A DNA stretch of 64,000 bases from a virus, in the IMG/VR virus record IMGVR_UViG_3300045988_125874; one strand, 5' to 3'. The position numbers and the translations under genes are program-made. This document shows positions 8,928 to 20,142 of this stretch, piece by piece (positions within the stretch are counted from its first letter, which is position 1; each line of letters starts with the position of its first letter). Under the pieces are notes generated by a model. It was not told where the DNA came from. It did no database searches and was given only the letters and a program-made list of their open reading frames with translations.

Positions 8928-9451
8928 TTGTTTTTGGATCGTTGGTACAACTCCTTTTTTTCGATAACTGCAATTTGTATTTCTGTTTGCTCATACCTTT
9001 TCCCAACACAGAGAAATTTATCGGTTATTTCAATTTCAAAAGAATATCTTCCTTCTACCGCCTTGTTATAACATTCTAATTCATGCGTAATTCCACTATA
9101 TTGTAATGAAGCTTCGCTTATATTATCATCATTTCGGAACCCGCACAAAATTGCCCATGAGGAAGGCGCCGCACTGCCATGCCAATCAATACTAATTTTG
9201 AGTTTTTTACCGATATATTGTTCTACATTGATTGCATTATAATACCATGTAGTAGGGCTACCGCTATAATTTATAAGACTCAAGTACTCACCATAATACT
9301 TCCCAGAAATAGGTGCACCTAAATCTATTGTAATTTCTTCCTCAAAACCATAGATTTGTTTTTCCACTTCCTCAAATTTCCCATCAATCGCAGTAGCTAA
9401 AGTACCCCACTTTTGTTCGGAGTCTTTTGCTATATCAAATATCTTTTCCAT
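8924..9451 (-). CDS. Hypothetical tail-fibre-associated protein (175 aa)
   Basis: ORF with 4-nt overlap to the beta-helix gene, 1 nt after the fibre gene. Confidence 0.55.
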   Translation of the reverse strand: MEKIFDIAKDSEQKWGTLATAIDGKFEEVEKQIYGFEEEITIDLGAPISGKYYGEYLSLINYSGSPTTWYYNAINVEQYIGKKLKISIDWHGSAAPSSWAILCGFRNDDNISEASLQYSGITHELECYNKAVEGRYSFEIEITDKFLCVGKRYEQTEIQIAVIEKKELYQRSKNN

Positions 9452-9452
9452 A

Positions 9453-11831
9453 TTATTCGTTTTTAATTAATGTTTCATTGGTTATTAAAGTCTCGTTGTC
9501 TAACATTGTCAAGTAGCTGGAGATAACAAGGTTTATCTTTTGAGGAGATTTAACTACCTTTCCCGTAATCTCGTAAACGCCATTGTCACCGGATATGGAT
9601 ATGTCACTGATAGCATTGCACGATACCTCCATTAGTTTATCAGAAGTATTTGGTAACGTTACAGTGATGGTAACCATGCTATCTACAGAGATATATTCTC
9701 CGGGATTAACAGAATAGGAAATTGAAGAATAAGGTAGATTACTCTTCACTATCGGTCTGAACTCCACCATATCCGGATACAGCGTACCCAGCTTGTGCTT
9801 CTTCAACTGACGCTCGATCAAGAACTCGGACATACTATAGGGGAAGAGCATTAAAGACCAAAGACATATAGCAGAATATTGTACTCCATTACCAAATTTA
9901 CCTAATGTAATGCCACCCCCTGTGGAGATTGCATTTCCCTTAGGTATAACATATCCCATATATGAATAAGTAGACTGATATACTATCTTTTTATTTATAT
10001 CTAGTGGAATATCAGTAGTACGTGATGCACCATAACTAAATGATATAGCATTAGAACCAGTATCCCAATGTTCTACTATAAATGGAGTTTGATCTTCAAC
10101 TATATTAGAACTTATTAAAGGCACTTGATTATTAATAAGATTATTATATGCTCTATTCATAATCAAAGTATAATCCTTCAATCCCAAGTCTCCTACAAAC
10201 TGCCCGAAGTCATTTACTCCGTCAAGGCAGAGAGCACCTGCGTGGGAAGGAATTTGGGTGATAGTTATTATGTTGGCTTCGTTCTTTACAACTTGAAATC
10301 CCGAAGTATTACTAGTTTGAGGTTTTGCAGTTCTGACATCAGATGGTAATGTATACTCTCCGTCTTTACCCATCGAATAAACATTACTTTGTCCGTTTGA
10401 ATCATAATATCTATAAATCAGCTCTTGACCTTCTAATAAACCTTTTATTTGGATTTTAAAAGAAGGTATATCGGTACTATTGGTTAGTTCCGTGTTAGCA
10501 AATAATATCCATCCTGATAAGCCATTATAACTAAAACTAAAAGGAGAAGAAGTTATTTCTTTACTTTGAGTCCATATTCTTGTATCTGACAGGTCTGTCT
10601 CATACTTCCCAATGCCTGAATCCAATTTCCAAGCTAGATTGTTCAACTGAATATCCCTACCATTACCGGAAAAGTCAATCAGCTTATCGCCAAACTCTGC
10701 GTGGTTCTCGTTGGTGATTCCCTGCTTCTTGACATCACACAGTATATCAGGTTTAAGAGTTCTATCCAAGTTGAAGTAGGCGATTACTTGGTTGATTTGG
10801 TCGGTTGTCAGTCCCTTGTTGGCTATTACTGTCCAGTACCAAGCGACAGAGGAAAAATCACCCGTATTGTTACTGTTATTATATGAATATCCTTGAACGC
10901 TAAAATTACCATTAATTATAGTGTCTCTGTTGTCACCATTAGATGTATAATCATTCTTATCACCCAATATATTATTTATAACTAACAAACTTCTTAAATC
11001 AGAAGAAGTATATCCATATATTCCAGTCTTGCCATAGTTGTTTACAATATTACGGAAATAACCATTGGCACTTCCTCTTATGTAATTAGTAAAAGATACA
11101 TTATTAGCTGTATCTTTAACCTGATGAACCATGCTAACTACCGTAATCTCATTGCTTCCTCCCAACATCTCCTGAACCGTCTTGGTGGAAGTAATCAGGT
11201 CGTCAATTCCGTCGGTGACAAATGCGCCTTCGAAAGAGGGGATTTGCTCGATGGTAATCTCATTATCGCCTGATATATAGGCAAAACCTATATTGTATGT
11301 TTGTCCATCTTCTTTTGCATAGCTTTTCGGAAGAGTGTTTATACCGGAAGTCAATCTTATTTCTGACCTAGCAGTATCATCAGGATTTGCTATATACCAA
11401 TATATCAATTCGGTAACATTCCCGATGATGTTTACTTTCATTTCCTCAACTTCAATAGCTGCATGATTGCACAGCCTACCATTGAGTGAGATAGAGGCTT
11501 TGTTATGTTGTTTTTGGCTTATTCCTATAGTCCAATCAAAAGATTCGAAATCGGCACTATACTTCCCAAACCCACTATTAAGCTTGAAAGCTGCGTTGCT
11601 AATCACAAACGGATTGTCAGGGTCTACCAAGTTTTTGATAATAGCCCTGTCCGGATCGTCGTTGCTCTTACCATAACAGATGCACACAGCTTTCAAGGAG
11701 GCTAAGACTTCCGGGTCGATGTAAGGACGGTCGGAAGCAGCTCCCGGAACTCCCAACTTAATCGCATTGATGCGGATAGGATCAAGCCCTATCCGGTCAA
11801 GCCTAATCGGATTTAATCCTATCGCTCCCAT
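9453..11831 (-). CDS. Tail fibre / receptor-binding protein with an internally duplicated module
   Basis: 792 aa. AFKLNSGFGKYSADFESFDW...ITIEQIPSFEGAFVTDGIDD is repeated as AWKLDSGIGKYETDLSDTRIW...ITITQIPSHAGALCLDGVND. Confidence 0.65.
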   Translation of the reverse strand: MGAIGLNPIRLDRIGLDPIRINAIKLGVPGAASDRPYIDPEVLASLKAVCICYGKSNDDPDRAIIKNLVDPDNPFVISNAAFKLNSGFGKYSADFESFDWTIGISQKQHNKASISLNGRLCNHAAIEVEEMKVNIIGNVTELIYWYIANPDDTARSEIRLTSGINTLPKSYAKEDGQTYNIGFAYISGDNEITIEQIPSFEGAFVTDGIDDLITSTKTVQEMLGGSNEITVVSMVHQVKDTANNVSFTNYIRGSANGYFRNIVNNYGKTGIYGYTSSDLRSLLVINNILGDKNDYTSNGDNRDTIINGNFSVQGYSYNNSNNTGDFSSVAWYWTVIANKGLTTDQINQVIAYFNLDRTLKPDILCDVKKQGITNENHAEFGDKLIDFSGNGRDIQLNNLAWKLDSGIGKYETDLSDTRIWTQSKEITSSPFSFSYNGLSGWILFANTELTNSTDIPSFKIQIKGLLEGQELIYRYYDSNGQSNVYSMGKDGEYTLPSDVRTAKPQTSNTSGFQVVKNEANIITITQIPSHAGALCLDGVNDFGQFVGDLGLKDYTLIMNRAYNNLINNQVPLISSNIVEDQTPFIVEHWDTGSNAISFSYGASRTTDIPLDINKKIVYQSTYSYMGYVIPKGNAISTGGGITLGKFGNGVQYSAICLWSLMLFPYSMSEFLIERQLKKHKLGTLYPDMVEFRPIVKSNLPYSSISYSVNPGEYISVDSMVTITVTLPNTSDKLMEVSCNAISDISISGDNGVYEITGKVVKSPQKINLVISSYLTMLDNETLITNETLIKNE

Positions 11832-12118
11832 TATTCTTCTGATTCAAAGTATTGAGCCTTGGTTGGCTGCGTTTCACATTCAACCTTGATGTATTGTCCG
11901 GGTATAAGACCGACAACGGGACGGGCGAAATTCAGAGTAGTGAAATTTCTAGTCTCTACAACGGAGTATTTTTCTCCATCATAGCTTATATAAACAGCCA
12001 GCTTCCCGGATTCTTTAAACTCTAGCTGGAGCCCAATGGTTTCTGAATTTACCTGTATGGGATCGCTTAGGTAACGTTTTTCTGCGATCTGGCTAAATGT
12101 AATATCTGTTGATTTCAT
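11831..12118 (-). CDS. Hypothetical protein (95 aa)
   Basis: SD (TAGGAGGAACAATC-ATG). Stop overlaps the fibre gene start. Confidence 0.55.
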   Translation of the reverse strand: MKSTDITFSQIAEKRYLSDPIQVNSETIGLQLEFKESGKLAVYISYDGEKYSVVETRNFTTLNFARPVVGLIPGQYIKVECETQPTKAQYFESEE

Positions 12119-12136
12119 GATTGTTCCTCCTATAAA

Positions 12137-12544
12137 TTATAATTTTAAAACCTGTTTTTTCACATTGCAGCTATCATAGCTAACGTGAACCCATGAGAAG
12201 TTCTTCTCATCTATCAGCTGCGTAAAAGGAAGTTCAAGTTCTTGTACGAGATTGAATAGCCTTTTGTTTTCCGATTTTGTATTCGGAGTGCCAACTATAT
12301 CGGCTGCCATTCCTTTCATGTGTTCGCTGGTCTTACTTCCTCCTACAGCCTTGTTTAATGCTTCGCAACGGTATCCGCTCGTTACAGTGATAGGTTTGCC
12401 ATAGGCTTCTCGGAGAGGATCAAGAACGTTGTCTATTAAGCCATTCACATTACATATCAATGCTTTCGGCAGACGGTTGTCGATACCACGCCTATCTGCC
12501 GTTTCGCTCTTTACCATTTCGGCTACAGTGAAATACTTTCCCAT
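12137..12544 (-). CDS. Endolysin, peptidase M15 family (D-Ala-D-Ala / L-Ala-D-Glu peptidase type)
   Basis: TSGYRCEALNKAVGGSKTSEHMKGMAADI and WVHVS give the H-x6-D...H zinc motif. SD upstream. Confidence 0.8.
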   Translation of the reverse strand: MGKYFTVAEMVKSETADRRGIDNRLPKALICNVNGLIDNVLDPLREAYGKPITVTSGYRCEALNKAVGGSKTSEHMKGMAADIVGTPNTKSENKRLFNLVQELELPFTQLIDEKNFSWVHVSYDSCNVKKQVLKL

Positions 12545-12556
12545 ATATCTTTCCTC

Positions 12557-12826
12557 CTATAATATCAATGTTAATACTCCCAACGCCAGACCCACGCAAT
12601 CACAGATGATGTCTTTAATTGAAAACTCTGTTTTCTTGCAGTACTTGTCGTATACTTCCTTCAGAACGAAGATTACGACGGTTATAATGATTGCCAACCA
12701 CAGTGGCGTATATTTCGATAACCACATTACCAAGTTCTGACAGACTATAATGTGAGCCATTCCGTCTATTCCGATCTTGGATAGAAGCTTGCTGGCTAAT
12801 GCGCTGATTTTATTTATCATATTCAT
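12557..12826 (-). CDS. Small membrane protein (2 TM), holin/antiholin candidate
   Basis: 89 aa with hydrophobic segments; sits between the holin and the endolysin. Confidence 0.5.
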   Translation of the reverse strand: MNMINKISALASKLLSKIGIDGMAHIIVCQNLVMWLSKYTPLWLAIIITVVIFVLKEVYDKYCKKTEFSIKDIICDCVGLALGVLTLIL

Positions 12827-12957
12827 ACTTTCTTTTTAGGTGGTTTAATTTGTACGTACCTTTTATGCGATTCCGGAACATGGAAGCATCTTGAACAATA
12901 AACAATACCTCCACACCATCTATATGAATGTCCGAATAATCTGCATATTAAATTCAT
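12823..12957 (-). CDS. Small Cys-rich protein (44 aa, MNLICRLFGHSYRWCGG...CSRC), DUF1660-like
   Basis: Below the ORF-track cutoff. TGA overlaps the ATG of the next gene. The LFGH..Y..C...C.RC pattern is typical of small prophage proteins. Confidence 0.4.
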   Translation of the reverse strand: MNLICRLFGHSYRWCGGIVYCSRCFHVPESHKRYVQIKPPKKKV

Positions 12958-12959
12958 AC

Positions 12960-13421
12960 TTACTTCTCCTTTTCAATAATTTCCTTCACATCTTCCTTAT
13001 CAACCTTAAACACCTTCTTACCAAACACGCCCAAAGCCCCGATAAGATTGATGTTAATCCCCTTTGGCTTCAGTATATTCCCAACTATCGAGCATCCCTC
13101 TATGAAGCATACCAATAAGCAGGAATACACATCTATCGGATATTCATTGTGACTTGCTACGCTAATCATGCAGACCATGCATACGAAAGCAAAGTAAGTT
13201 ACCATCTTCCCCATAGTGGCACGGATCGCACGTGAGAATCTGACCTTTTCACCCATTAACATACTTTTCCTGACTCCGAATAGGAGATCGCAGAGAATTA
13301 CCGCACACGTGACAATCAGCCACGGGACCATATTTTGCAATGATTCGGCAACAAATGCGGTAGCTATTGCGGCAAATCCTCCGGTTGTGGTGTGTACTAT
13401 TGCTTCTTTCATACGATACAA
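12960..13421 (-). CDS. Phage holin-family membrane protein
   Basis: 153 aa, 3-4 TM segments. WLIVTCAVILCDLLFG and GCSIVGNILK resemble LL-H/toxin-secretion type holins. Located in the lysis cassette. Confidence 0.6.
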   Translation of the reverse strand: MYRMKEAIVHTTTGGFAAIATAFVAESLQNMVPWLIVTCAVILCDLLFGVRKSMLMGEKVRFSRAIRATMGKMVTYFAFVCMVCMISVASHNEYPIDVYSCLLVCFIEGCSIVGNILKPKGININLIGALGVFGKKVFKVDKEDVKEIIEKEK

Positions 13422-13909
13422 GTTAGATAAACGGTTAACAACGAAATTACCTCAATCCAGAACATCGGCTTTCTCTTTATGAAGTCGGAGATGAAGTTAC
13501 CGTTCCAGTGCTCACTCATGGAGATAACCATGTAAGCGATGAATCCAGCCCATAACAGTAACCAATACCAACTATTGCAACCTACCCATATCTGGGAAAA
13601 AATTAAAGACATGGCGGCACCGATACAGTGAGGAATCTTTTGTTCTGTTCGAAAATTAGGAGATACACCTAATACAATCATTCCGACAACCGAAAGGAAT
13701 ACAAGAAACCGGCTGTTTTCCGTGCTTGCTTCAAATGCTGACGGAAGAAGCAATACACCGGAGCCGATCATACAAAGCCCGAACCAGAACTTATGCGTCA
13801 GGGCATAGTAGGTATCACTGATAGAATACGGGATTCCCTTCATCTTCTTTATCATTGCAAAGACGTAGCCGGCAATGAGGATGAACGACATTAATACTAG
13901 TAGAATCAT
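13409..13909 (-). CDS. Polytopic membrane protein (about 5 TM)
   Basis: 166 aa, very hydrophobic. Overlaps the holin gene by 13 nt. Confidence 0.55.
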   Translation of the reverse strand: MILLVLMSFILIAGYVFAMIKKMKGIPYSISDTYYALTHKFWFGLCMIGSGVLLLPSAFEASTENSRFLVFLSVVGMIVLGVSPNFRTEQKIPHCIGAAMSLIFSQIWVGCNSWYWLLLWAGFIAYMVISMSEHWNGNFISDFIKRKPMFWIEVISLLTVYLTCIV

Positions 13910-13936
13910 AGCTTTATTTGTTTATAGTTTATATAA

Positions 13937-14197
13937 TTATTCTTCTTGTGATAGAGCATTGATAACCGACAAACGATCAATAGCCCGAACAAAAAGATTT
14001 GCATATTTCTTTAATGAATCAGCCTGTTTGGGAGTCAATTCCACCTCTCCATTTTTATACATTTCTCTTGCAAGTTCAAGCTCTCCAATATCGCCCGTAT
14101 TTTGATAAATTGCATTGGCGAATTTCTGTGATACATCGATGGTACTCTTATTCCCTTCGAGATCGGTTAATTCTATTTTTCGAAAGTCTATTTTCAT
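13937..14197 (-). CDS. Hypothetical protein (86 aa)
   Basis: 4-nt overlap with the hub/fibre gene. Confidence 0.5.
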   Translation of the reverse strand: MKIDFRKIELTDLEGNKSTIDVSQKFANAIYQNTGDIGELELAREMYKNGEVELTPKQADSLKKYANLFVRAIDRLSVINALSQEE

Positions 14198-17100
14198 ATA
14201 GGATATAAATTATTAACTCCAGAATAAGTATCAGCTGTTATAAACGCTTTAGCACTCCATGCATCCATTGTTATTGTTGTAGACAATCTATTATTTGTTA
14301 CTACCCTCTTTGCATATTCTGAAAAGTTAACAATAACTAGCATCTTATACATAGGAGAATCGCATATACGCAATACATACTGTCCGTCACCCTGCATGAC
14401 TACACAATCAATAGGTTGTCCCGATTGTGGATATTTATGGTTCCATAAGTCTGTACCATTGCCGTATATATGAGCATACATATCAGCATTTGCATTCCAC
14501 AATATTGTAAGTGTAGTCATTTGATAATGTCCGAATTGTCCACGGCACCAAATGTCAGAAGCGTAAAATCTCCAGGCACGACTCTCATCGTAGTTATACC
14601 CCTGTTGGTATAAATCACCGGAAATCCAAGTTTTTGAGAAATCAATATTAAATGATGATGAAACATTATCACCTGAACCGGAAGTATTAAAGGATATCTT
14701 ACCTTGTATATTTCCAACATTATCAACTGCTTGTAATTCTTTGAAAGTGCCCGTTGCCCCTTTTAATTTTGTCACTTCAAGAGTATCAACGTTAATAAAC
14801 TCTGTCTTTATCTTGCCGGCTTCTATGAAAGTCTTTCCGCCTACGTTTATTCCACCGGTTTCTGGAAGAGATATTTTACCGTCAGATGTTAGCTCGACAC
14901 CTGTAACATTATGCTTAATAGAGCCTTCAGTCATTATCCAGCCCTTCGTTTTATCTAAGTTTCCAACAAATATTCCGGAAGAACCGAGAACATCAATCGT
15001 CGCATTCTGCGCAAGAAGGACGTTTGTTGCTATGTTCTCGAACTCGCTGAACTCTTCCCACTTTGTTGAGTCAAAAGAAGTTGTAGACGTATGAGTGATC
15101 TTACAAAGTTTGTTTTGACCGTTATAGATTACTGTGTCTATAAATGTCTCATTTCGGTAATACTCGGTATTGGTTTTCCATACTCCACGAGGGCGGAGCA
15201 TTGCACCGGGTAATCCTGTATCTCCCTTGTCTCCTTTATCACCTTTAATTTTACTCCACTTATATTTTGAAAATACGGTGCTGTCTGCCTCTGTAAAATC
15301 CACATATTGACCGATCCATGCTCCGGGAGTCTCACCGTTGTTAGCTGTGAAGCTACTACCATCGTCAGAATATTTAATATGGAGATAGCTGGCTTGCCCG
15401 TTCTCTCCATCTATACCGGGTATACCCTGCTCGCCTCTTTCTCCTTGTGCACCTTTAAATCTAGCCCATGTATATGATGTATATGAAGTTGGAGCCGTAG
15501 GGCTTGTAGTAACAGCGGTACCGATATAAGTATTGGGAGTATCCGTCATCGGGTTACCGTTAGAGTTTGCCGAGTACTTGACATGAAAATATGAAGAAGT
15601 ACCCGGAATACCCTGTGAACCCGTAGGCCCCCGTTCTCCCTGCGGTCCGGTAGCTCCTTGAGGACCTTGTTCCCCTTGCTCACCCTTTATCTTAGACCAT
15701 TTGTAATCAGAGAATACATTACTGTCATTTTCCTCAAAGTCGGTATACTGTCCAATCCATTCCCCTGAAGTTTCCCCATTATTGTCTGTAAACGTTTGGC
15801 CGTCATTTGAATACTTAATATGCAAGTAGGAAGTCTTTCCATCTTCGCCATTAATACCGGGAATCCCTTGTTCACCTGTTGCACCCTGTAGTCCTTCAAA
15901 TCTGGCCCATGTATACTTGGATGGATCATTACTATCCTCCTTAGTAAAGTCTACATAAGTACCGATGAACACATCTGGCGTTTCTGTCATTTGGGAAGCT
16001 GTAGGATTCTGGACGGGAGAATATTTTATATGAAAATATGATGTTAGTCCATTTTCTCCATCTTTGCCGGGTATTCCATCCTGTCCGGCTGGCCCTTGCA
16101 AACCTTGTAATCCCTGCGGTCCTTGAGGGCCTTCAGGACCGACTGGACCTTGTGCTCCCTGCTCTCCTTTGGAAGTATACTTCAACCAGTCAGTAGAAGA
16201 ATCTGACGGCTCCTGCGTAGTCGTGGATTCAATGCAAATCCATGTGCTTCCGTTGTGGGTTACTTCGTCATAATACCAATACGTCCCCGCTTTCCATTCA
16301 CCTTTGAAAGCCGGAACCGGTACTTCCGTCACACCATCGTTAGAAATCTGTTTGATCGTACCGGTCATGTAGATTCTGTTAAGATATGCACTATACCCAG
16401 TCATATCCATTCCAAACAGTTTCAGGTTAGACAAGTCTCCCAACTGCATGGCAATCATATCCTTTGTGATCTCCCAGTTGTTTACACCCTTAAGGAAACG
16501 GATATAATTCTGCGTGGAATAGCTGGACTTCTGGCGTTCTGCATTGGTGAAGTTACCATAGCAAACAAAGTGCATAGCCTTTTGAGGATGATAAGTATAT
16601 CCGCTGCGGAGAACGTATTTAAAAGAACCATTATCCAGCTTTTCGGTGATCCGGAAATAGGTTGTCTGAAAACCTGTGTCATTGTTAAAGTTAGCCTTGC
16701 AAATATCATCCACTTCAACAGCTGCAACCTCGCCCGGTTCAAGCTTCAGGTAAACGATACTGTTATCTTCGTCCACTGATTCGATTATACCGCCTCCGGG
16801 TGCGTTCCATTCCTCACCCGTGATAACTGATACCCGGTTATATCGCAATTCCGGTACTTCAAGGAAATCACGTAGGCGCAACGATTTCGCATCTATATCT
16901 CCGGATGGGGTTATCAGCCAGCCAAGTAACTTTTCAGCATAATCAACAGAAGATATATTTCCGGAGAAAGCGGCATTATTGGCTGTAAGCTTATCAAGTA
17001 CCTTTACGATATTGCTGCTCAATTCTGTTGCAGTTATCGTGTCCGTTACAATACCTTTGGTAACATTAATGCCGTTCAGAAATGAAATAAGCCCTAGGGC

Positions 17101-19614
17101 TGTGTCATCTTTCGTCTTACTTATAGCATAAGCTATAATCTCCTGAAGCACTCTCTTTGCGGAGAATACGTTTCTGTCAGACGGGATTGTCTTGTCATTA
17201 ACCCCAATAACATACACACTCGTTCCACCGCCTCCAACGGCAGAGCCGGAATAGGTTTGTCCCTTGTAAGTAAGGGAATCAAGCTTGCTCTCTATCTCAC
17301 CGATACGGGAATATGAAGCCGTCTCTCCAACTGTATAAATCGGGTGATCGTAAGGAATATCCAGCGGCCACTCGAAACCGATTATTCTTGATTGTCTGCC
17401 TTCCGGGAAAAATGCCTTATTTATCAGATTGATCTTAGCCCCGACTTCGTATGTACGGATATTACCCTTATTGTAGATGAAATCAGCATCCATCTCACAA
17501 TCGTAGGTGGACGGGTCAATCATGGATTTCTTTACGTATTCCTTTGCCTTTTTGAGTAGATTCTGCTCTGCGTCCGGCAACATCTGTTCGGAGATGTATG
17601 CGGTATCAAAGCCGTAAAGGATATATGTGTCTGCGGGGACTTCTTCACCGTCCTCCATGTGTGCGGTTTGCGGATAAAGAACATCATCCGGAAGAAAGCG
17701 ACCGTAATCCTCATTGCGGACAATTTCGAAGGTTGTTCCGGTGTTATCGCTTTCTACAATATTGATAGCAAAGTCCATCCCGGCAAGCTTGCCAGTTTGG
17801 AATATCATGTGAAGTTCCTCACCATCCAGCCTAAAATCTTCTGTAAAGTTCTTCAGTCCCGTATCTTTGAAATTATAGATCCGATATTCCTTATCGTTAT
17901 CGTCTACCTTGTCATCGTGGATGACACTGGATATTGTGCCCTTGTATTGGGGATATTCATCCTCAAATATAACGATCTCTTCGATTGCCTCCTCTTCCGG
18001 CATTTCCACGTTACCCGGATCATTATAGCGTTCATCTCCGATGTTGATACGTTCACCAGTCGGGTTGTATTTATAAGCATCTACATAAGAAATGCCCTCC
18101 GGGAGCATAAGACGTTTCTGAACAACTCCGTTAAGGGTCATTTTCTTGTCATCCTTACTGAAGTAGTTATCGGGGACTTTACCGCTTATGATGTTGTTAA
18201 TGGTGTACCGATTACCTAAAGAGGCGGTTACACCTTCCGGTAACTGGATAATGTTTGCTGCGTCACCGGTTAAAAGGTCGGGATTGTAAACAGCAGCAAA
18301 AGTCTGTCCGGCATTTGCACCGGAAAGGAATGTTACGGAAGTCGTTGCAGAAGAACCGCCATACACGTTAATATCGTATGTTACATACGCCTGAAAAGTC
18401 GATAACAGCTCGGAAGAAGCTGGAGCTGGTACATGAACGTATACCCTTACTTTTAAATCAGAACTGTTTTTGCCGATAACCAACGTGTCGGGAACCTGTA
18501 TTTTAGACACAATCTCATATTGTTGATTTTGGGCTAATGAAACGGTCTGATTACCAATAATCACCTCTTTTGATTCCCCGGAAACATTATAGATATATGA
18601 CGCCTTCAATATATAATCTCCTGCCGGTAGAAAAGCACGGTTCCCTATTTGCGGAACGGCTGTTGATATATTGATTGAAATTCCTCCCGAAACAACTTTA
18701 TAAGAACCACCCTTGGCTGATGAAGCTAAAGTCTTATCAAGCGTCCATTCTGTATAAGAGGGAGTAAAAGAACCGCTGCCTTCGTTGCTACTAGCGGTAT
18801 AGTCTTCCTTATACGTAACTCGTGACGGAAAGTAGTTTATTTTGAGCGGTCTTGACGTATCGGATATATTACGTCCATTAACCTCTTTTACGTCGAATAT
18901 CAAATCTTTCCGGTAGCTGGAAGGAATGTTGCGGGTGGAGCCGAAAGCGTAGATACGGGTCGCATAAGTGGTCTGGCTGTCGCTGCGTGTCATGCTGTTG
19001 ACATTCACATTTTCTGTGTCTGTCAAATCACCGGCTTTAAAATCAACAGGAGAACTATATTCACAACGCCCGAAGCAAATCTTATGATTCTCTATCCACC
19101 ATTCACACTCCCAAGTCTCCGCCATCTGTGTGAGAGCGTCGATCAGATTTACGTTATCGTAGGAAACGAGCTTGGAAGTGTTTTCTACTGTGCTGTCAAT
19201 GTCCCAAGTAAAATCCAGATCCCTGAATTTATATCCAAGAGCTTTCAGGTTATCCAGAAAAACATTTAAATGCTTGTCAAGGGTAGCGGTAAGATTCCAT
19301 GCGGCTTCGCGTCCGGTGGTTTCCGGTGTATAGAAGAACTTCTTGTTCTTCCATTTCCAGTAATAAGCATCAAGGCGGAGTTCGTAGTCGTATGCACCTG
19401 TAGTTGTATTGTAGGTAGGCTTATACAAGTCTACTAACTCGAATATTCCCAACTCATTGTCTACATAGTCGCCTAGTTTGAAATAAACTGGATTAGAAAG
19501 GCTAAATAGCAAAGTGATATAATCTTCCTGCATCAAAAGGAAATGTCTTTTCGAACCCTCATTGATAGGAGTCGAAAAGCGAATGTTGCCGGATATGTCT
19601 TTGATGTCTATCAT
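14194..19614 (-). CDS. Tail-associated hub/fibre protein (Tal-like N-terminus) with collagen-like repeats
   Basis: 1806 aa, second gene after the tape measure. Four G-X-Y tracts alternate with conserved globular modules. Confidence 0.8.
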   Translation of the reverse strand: MIDIKDISGNIRFSTPINEGSKRHFLLMQEDYITLLFSLSNPVYFKLGDYVDNELGIFELVDLYKPTYNTTTGAYDYELRLDAYYWKWKNKKFFYTPETTGREAAWNLTATLDKHLNVFLDNLKALGYKFRDLDFTWDIDSTVENTSKLVSYDNVNLIDALTQMAETWECEWWIENHKICFGRCEYSSPVDFKAGDLTDTENVNVNSMTRSDSQTTYATRIYAFGSTRNIPSSYRKDLIFDVKEVNGRNISDTSRPLKINYFPSRVTYKEDYTASSNEGSGSFTPSYTEWTLDKTLASSAKGGSYKVVSGGISINISTAVPQIGNRAFLPAGDYILKASYIYNVSGESKEVIIGNQTVSLAQNQQYEIVSKIQVPDTLVIGKNSSDLKVRVYVHVPAPASSELLSTFQAYVTYDINVYGGSSATTSVTFLSGANAGQTFAAVYNPDLLTGDAANIIQLPEGVTASLGNRYTINNIISGKVPDNYFSKDDKKMTLNGVVQKRLMLPEGISYVDAYKYNPTGERINIGDERYNDPGNVEMPEEEAIEEIVIFEDEYPQYKGTISSVIHDDKVDDNDKEYRIYNFKDTGLKNFTEDFRLDGEELHMIFQTGKLAGMDFAINIVESDNTGTTFEIVRNEDYGRFLPDDVLYPQTAHMEDGEEVPADTYILYGFDTAYISEQMLPDAEQNLLKKAKEYVKKSMIDPSTYDCEMDADFIYNKGNIRTYEVGAKINLINKAFFPEGRQSRIIGFEWPLDIPYDHPIYTVGETASYSRIGEIESKLDSLTYKGQTYSGSAVGGGGTSVYVIGVNDKTIPSDRNVFSAKRVLQEIIAYAISKTKDDTALGLISFLNGINVTKGIVTDTITATELSSNIVKVLDKLTANNAAFSGNISSVDYAEKLLGWLITPSGDIDAKSLRLRDFLEVPELRYNRVSVITGEEWNAPGGGIIESVDEDNSIVYLKLEPGEVAAVEVDDICKANFNNDTGFQTTYFRITEKLDNGSFKYVLRSGYTYHPQKAMHFVCYGNFTNAERQKSSYSTQNYIRFLKGVNNWEITKDMIAMQLGDLSNLKLFGMDMTGYSAYLNRIYMTGTIKQISNDGVTEVPVPAFKGEWKAGTYWYYDEVTHNGSTWICIESTTTQEPSDSSTDWLKYTSKGEQGAQGPVGPEGPQGPQGLQGLQGPAGQDGIPGKDGENGLTSYFHIKYSPVQNPTASQMTETPDVFIGTYVDFTKEDSNDPSKYTWARFEGLQGATGEQGIPGINGEDGKTSYLHIKYSNDGQTFTDNNGETSGEWIGQYTDFEENDSNVFSDYKWSKIKGEQGEQGPQGATGPQGERGPTGSQGIPGTSSYFHVKYSANSNGNPMTDTPNTYIGTAVTTSPTAPTSYTSYTWARFKGAQGERGEQGIPGIDGENGQASYLHIKYSDDGSSFTANNGETPGAWIGQYVDFTEADSTVFSKYKWSKIKGDKGDKGDTGLPGAMLRPRGVWKTNTEYYRNETFIDTVIYNGQNKLCKITHTSTTSFDSTKWEEFSEFENIATNVLLAQNATIDVLGSSGIFVGNLDKTKGWIMTEGSIKHNVTGVELTSDGKISLPETGGINVGGKTFIEAGKIKTEFINVDTLEVTKLKGATGTFKELQAVDNVGNIQGKISFNTSGSGDNVSSSFNIDFSKTWISGDLYQQGYNYDESRAWRFYASDIWCRGQFGHYQMTTLTILWNANADMYAHIYGNGTDLWNHKYPQSGQPIDCVVMQGDGQYVLRICDSPMYKMLVIVNFSEYAKRVVTNNRLSTTITMDAWSAKAFITADTYSGVNNLYPI
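15202..16170 (-). repeat. Coding tandem repeat: 2 x (collagen tract - module A - collagen tract - module B)
   Basis: aa 1149-1471. Module A: SYFH(I/V)KYS...YTWARF. Module B: SYLHIKYS(N/D)DG...WIGQY.DF...YKWSKIKG. Each module occurs twice, separated by GxY runs. Confidence 0.8.
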
Positions 19615-19686
19615 AAGTTTCGTATACCTTCATACGATGTTTATGCAAAGATAATAAAAGTGAAATAAACTATGCCACTTAAAACG

Positions 19687-20142
19687 TTAAATTGTACGAT
19701 TTTCAGGCGATGGATTATATTCAACTAACTTTAGTGAAAACTTAGCTATGCCTCTCATAAACTGTGTGAACTGATTACATGAGAGATATACTGTACGGTA
19801 CATAATATTAGGTTGGTACTTTGTCCTAATATTTAATATACCGGTAGCAAGTTCTTTACAAAAATTGTTGTACTTCTCGAAAAAATCATCTTCATCTTTA
19901 GCTGTGAGATGAATGGTCAAAGTAAGATTACGTTCGTCCATTTTAGGATTAGCGGTTATTATACGCTTTCCGTGTTCTAATCTTGACTTGTTCTCTATGA
20001 ACTCCTTATTAGGTGCAGGGGTCATCAATGCTGATAGGGAAGACGTGTCCATACTAATCCCCCAGCTATCGTAGGAATCTTTGTTGTTTATAAAAAGCTC
20101 ACCTTTAGGCATATTCTTATATTTTATAGTGTTCAATATCAA
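19687..20142 (-). CDS. Putative distal tail protein (by position)
   Basis: 151 aa. 4-nt overlap with the tape measure stop. Confidence 0.4.
   Translation of the reverse strand: MILNTIKYKNMPKGELFINNKDSYDSWGISMDTSSLSALMTPAPNKEFIENKSRLEHGKRIITANPKMDERNLTLTIHLTAKDEDDFFEKYNNFCKELATGILNIRTKYQPNIMYRTVYLSCNQFTQFMRGIAKFSLKLVEYNPSPENRTI

Noticed and set aside
15138-15929. Same-strand alternative-frame ORFs inside the collagen-repeat region (15138-15410, 15687-15929). Similar ones occur in other large genes (5772-6119, 14517-14726, 16482-16742, 17532-17723, 21338-21598).
   Set aside because: They are frame artefacts of repetitive or biased coding sequence. The main frames give coherent domain architecture.
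8055-19614. Diversity-generating retroelement targeting the fibre genes.
   Set aside because: The window contains no reverse transcriptase gene. I found no template/variable repeat pair with adenine-specific differences near the fibre C-termini. The repeats present are in-frame domain duplications.
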